The position numbers were made by a program, and so were the translations under genes. This document shows, in pieces, positions 63,370 through 64,000 of a stretch of 64,000 nt of DNA. Source of the stretch: Chlorobium sp. (GTDB lineage: Bacteria > Bacteroidota > Chlorobiia > Chlorobiales > Chlorobiaceae); the NCBI GenBank assembly GCA_013203905.1, contig JABMPC010000075.1, forward strand, positions 43,483-107,482, read 5' to 3'. Positions within the stretch are counted from its first letter, which is position 1. Every line of letters starts with the position of its first letter. The notes beneath the pieces were generated by a model, which saw only the letters and a program-made list of their open reading frames with translations, was not told the origin of the DNA and searched no databases.

Positions 63370-64000
63370 CGGCTGGCGGGAAGGACAATGGAACCGAAGG
63401 GGATTGCCTTGCCGGCTTGTTTTGCCTTATCCTCAGAGCTGAATGAGCTGCTGAGGCGTACCTTGTGCATCTGGTTTTCAGGCACAATCACGACAGGACC
63501 GTAGGGGGCAATTCTTGCTGCGAGAGTTTCGGCGTTGGCTCTGGCACCGAAGCTTCCGAACTGGAGCCTAAAGCCTTCCCTGGATTGACTGGTATCGGAT
63601 GAGGCATTCTTTTTCAGTGTCTCAAGCGCTGACTGGAGAGGCGTCATCTGCACTGCCGGAACGGCAGTCTTTGCTGAAAGGGGTGCGGCCCTTGCCAGCA
63701 GGGGTTTGGAGAGTTTCGGCAGCGGCGGTTCTGCTGCAACAGCACTCTTGTAGTCAGCAAGCCTTGTTTTGCTGACTCTGTCCATTGCCTCGTCGGGGTA
63801 GAGGGTGAGCTGCTTTTTGAAAAGCTCAGCGGCTTTGGGGCCGTCGTCGGTCAGGAGGGCTTCTATGACTGTTTTTTCGGAGTTGATGGTGGCTTTTTGA
63901 CGGATATTTTCCAGTAAATAAATTTTATCTTCATTGACAGATTGCTCTATGAGCCTGCTGTAGGATACAGCTTCTGCACTGTGTGCGGATGAAGGCGACA
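63366..64000 (-). CDS. SPOR-domain protein (5' end beyond the window)
   Basis: The reverse frame stays open from 63366 to the window edge, so the track ATG at 63785 is probably internal. The C-terminal about 70 aa look like a SPOR peptidoglycan-binding domain ([22 protein letters not shown]...[18 protein letters not shown]). Confidence 0.6.
   Translation of the reverse strand, partial: SPSSAHSAEAVSYSRLIEQSVNEDKIYLLENIRQKATINSEKTVIEALLTDDGPKAAELFKKQLTLYPDEAMDRVSKTRLADYKSAVAAEPPLPKLSKPLLARAAPLSAKTAVPAVQMTPLQSALETLKKNASSDTSQSREGFRLQFGSFGARANAETLAARIAPYGPVVIVPENQMHKVRLSSSFSSEDKAKQAGKAIPFGSIVLPASR

Overview
This window reads as a 64-kb chromosomal segment of a green sulfur bacterium (Chlorobiaceae). 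The family call rests on an intact fmoA gene for the Fenna-Matthews-Olson bacteriochlorophyll a protein (59292-60392, minus strand).

About 62 protein genes are tightly packed, often with ATGA start/stop overlaps. All product calls come from reading the translations and recognising family motifs; no database search was possible.

Main gene content:
- A compact anaerobe-type nitrogen-fixation regulon on the minus strand: nifV-nifA, then a sigma-54 promoter, then nifH-nifI1-nifI2-nifD-nifK-nifE-nifN-nifB-[2Fe-2S] ferredoxin.
- Molybdenum genes next to it: a ModE-like regulator, moaA and a MOSC-domain gene.
- thiS-thiG-thiH-thiF fused by overlaps to the cytochrome c biogenesis genes ccsB-ccsA, downstream of metY and a second Cys/Met PLP enzyme.
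- A marR-ablA-symporter-ablB cluster for the osmolyte N-epsilon-acetyl-beta-lysine.
- An exbB-exbD-exbD-tonB cluster.
- Housekeeping genes: a stand-alone carB C-terminal half, ribBA, glyA, dnaG, argD, ndh, purE, hemN, hisF, TrxR-type FNR, menA, aguB/aguA, mdh, rplU-rpmA, mutS and lnt.

I saw no rRNA, tRNA, CRISPR array, transposase or integrase.

Most interesting observations:
1. A perfect orphan sigma-54 promoter (52261-52276, plus strand) is followed about 70 nt later by a strong terminator with no ORF in between. This looks like a roughly 90-nt sigma-54-dependent small RNA, and I cannot tie it to any named family.
2. A perfect 15-bp inverted repeat lies in the nifA-nifH spacer, which otherwise lacks the canonical NifA site TGT-N10-ACA.
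3. The DnaG primase has lost three of its four zinc-finger ligands.
4. A sigma-54 activator with no sensory domain is translationally coupled to a SPOR-domain protein.
5. A Mo-box-like palindrome sits upstream of the ModE-like gene.
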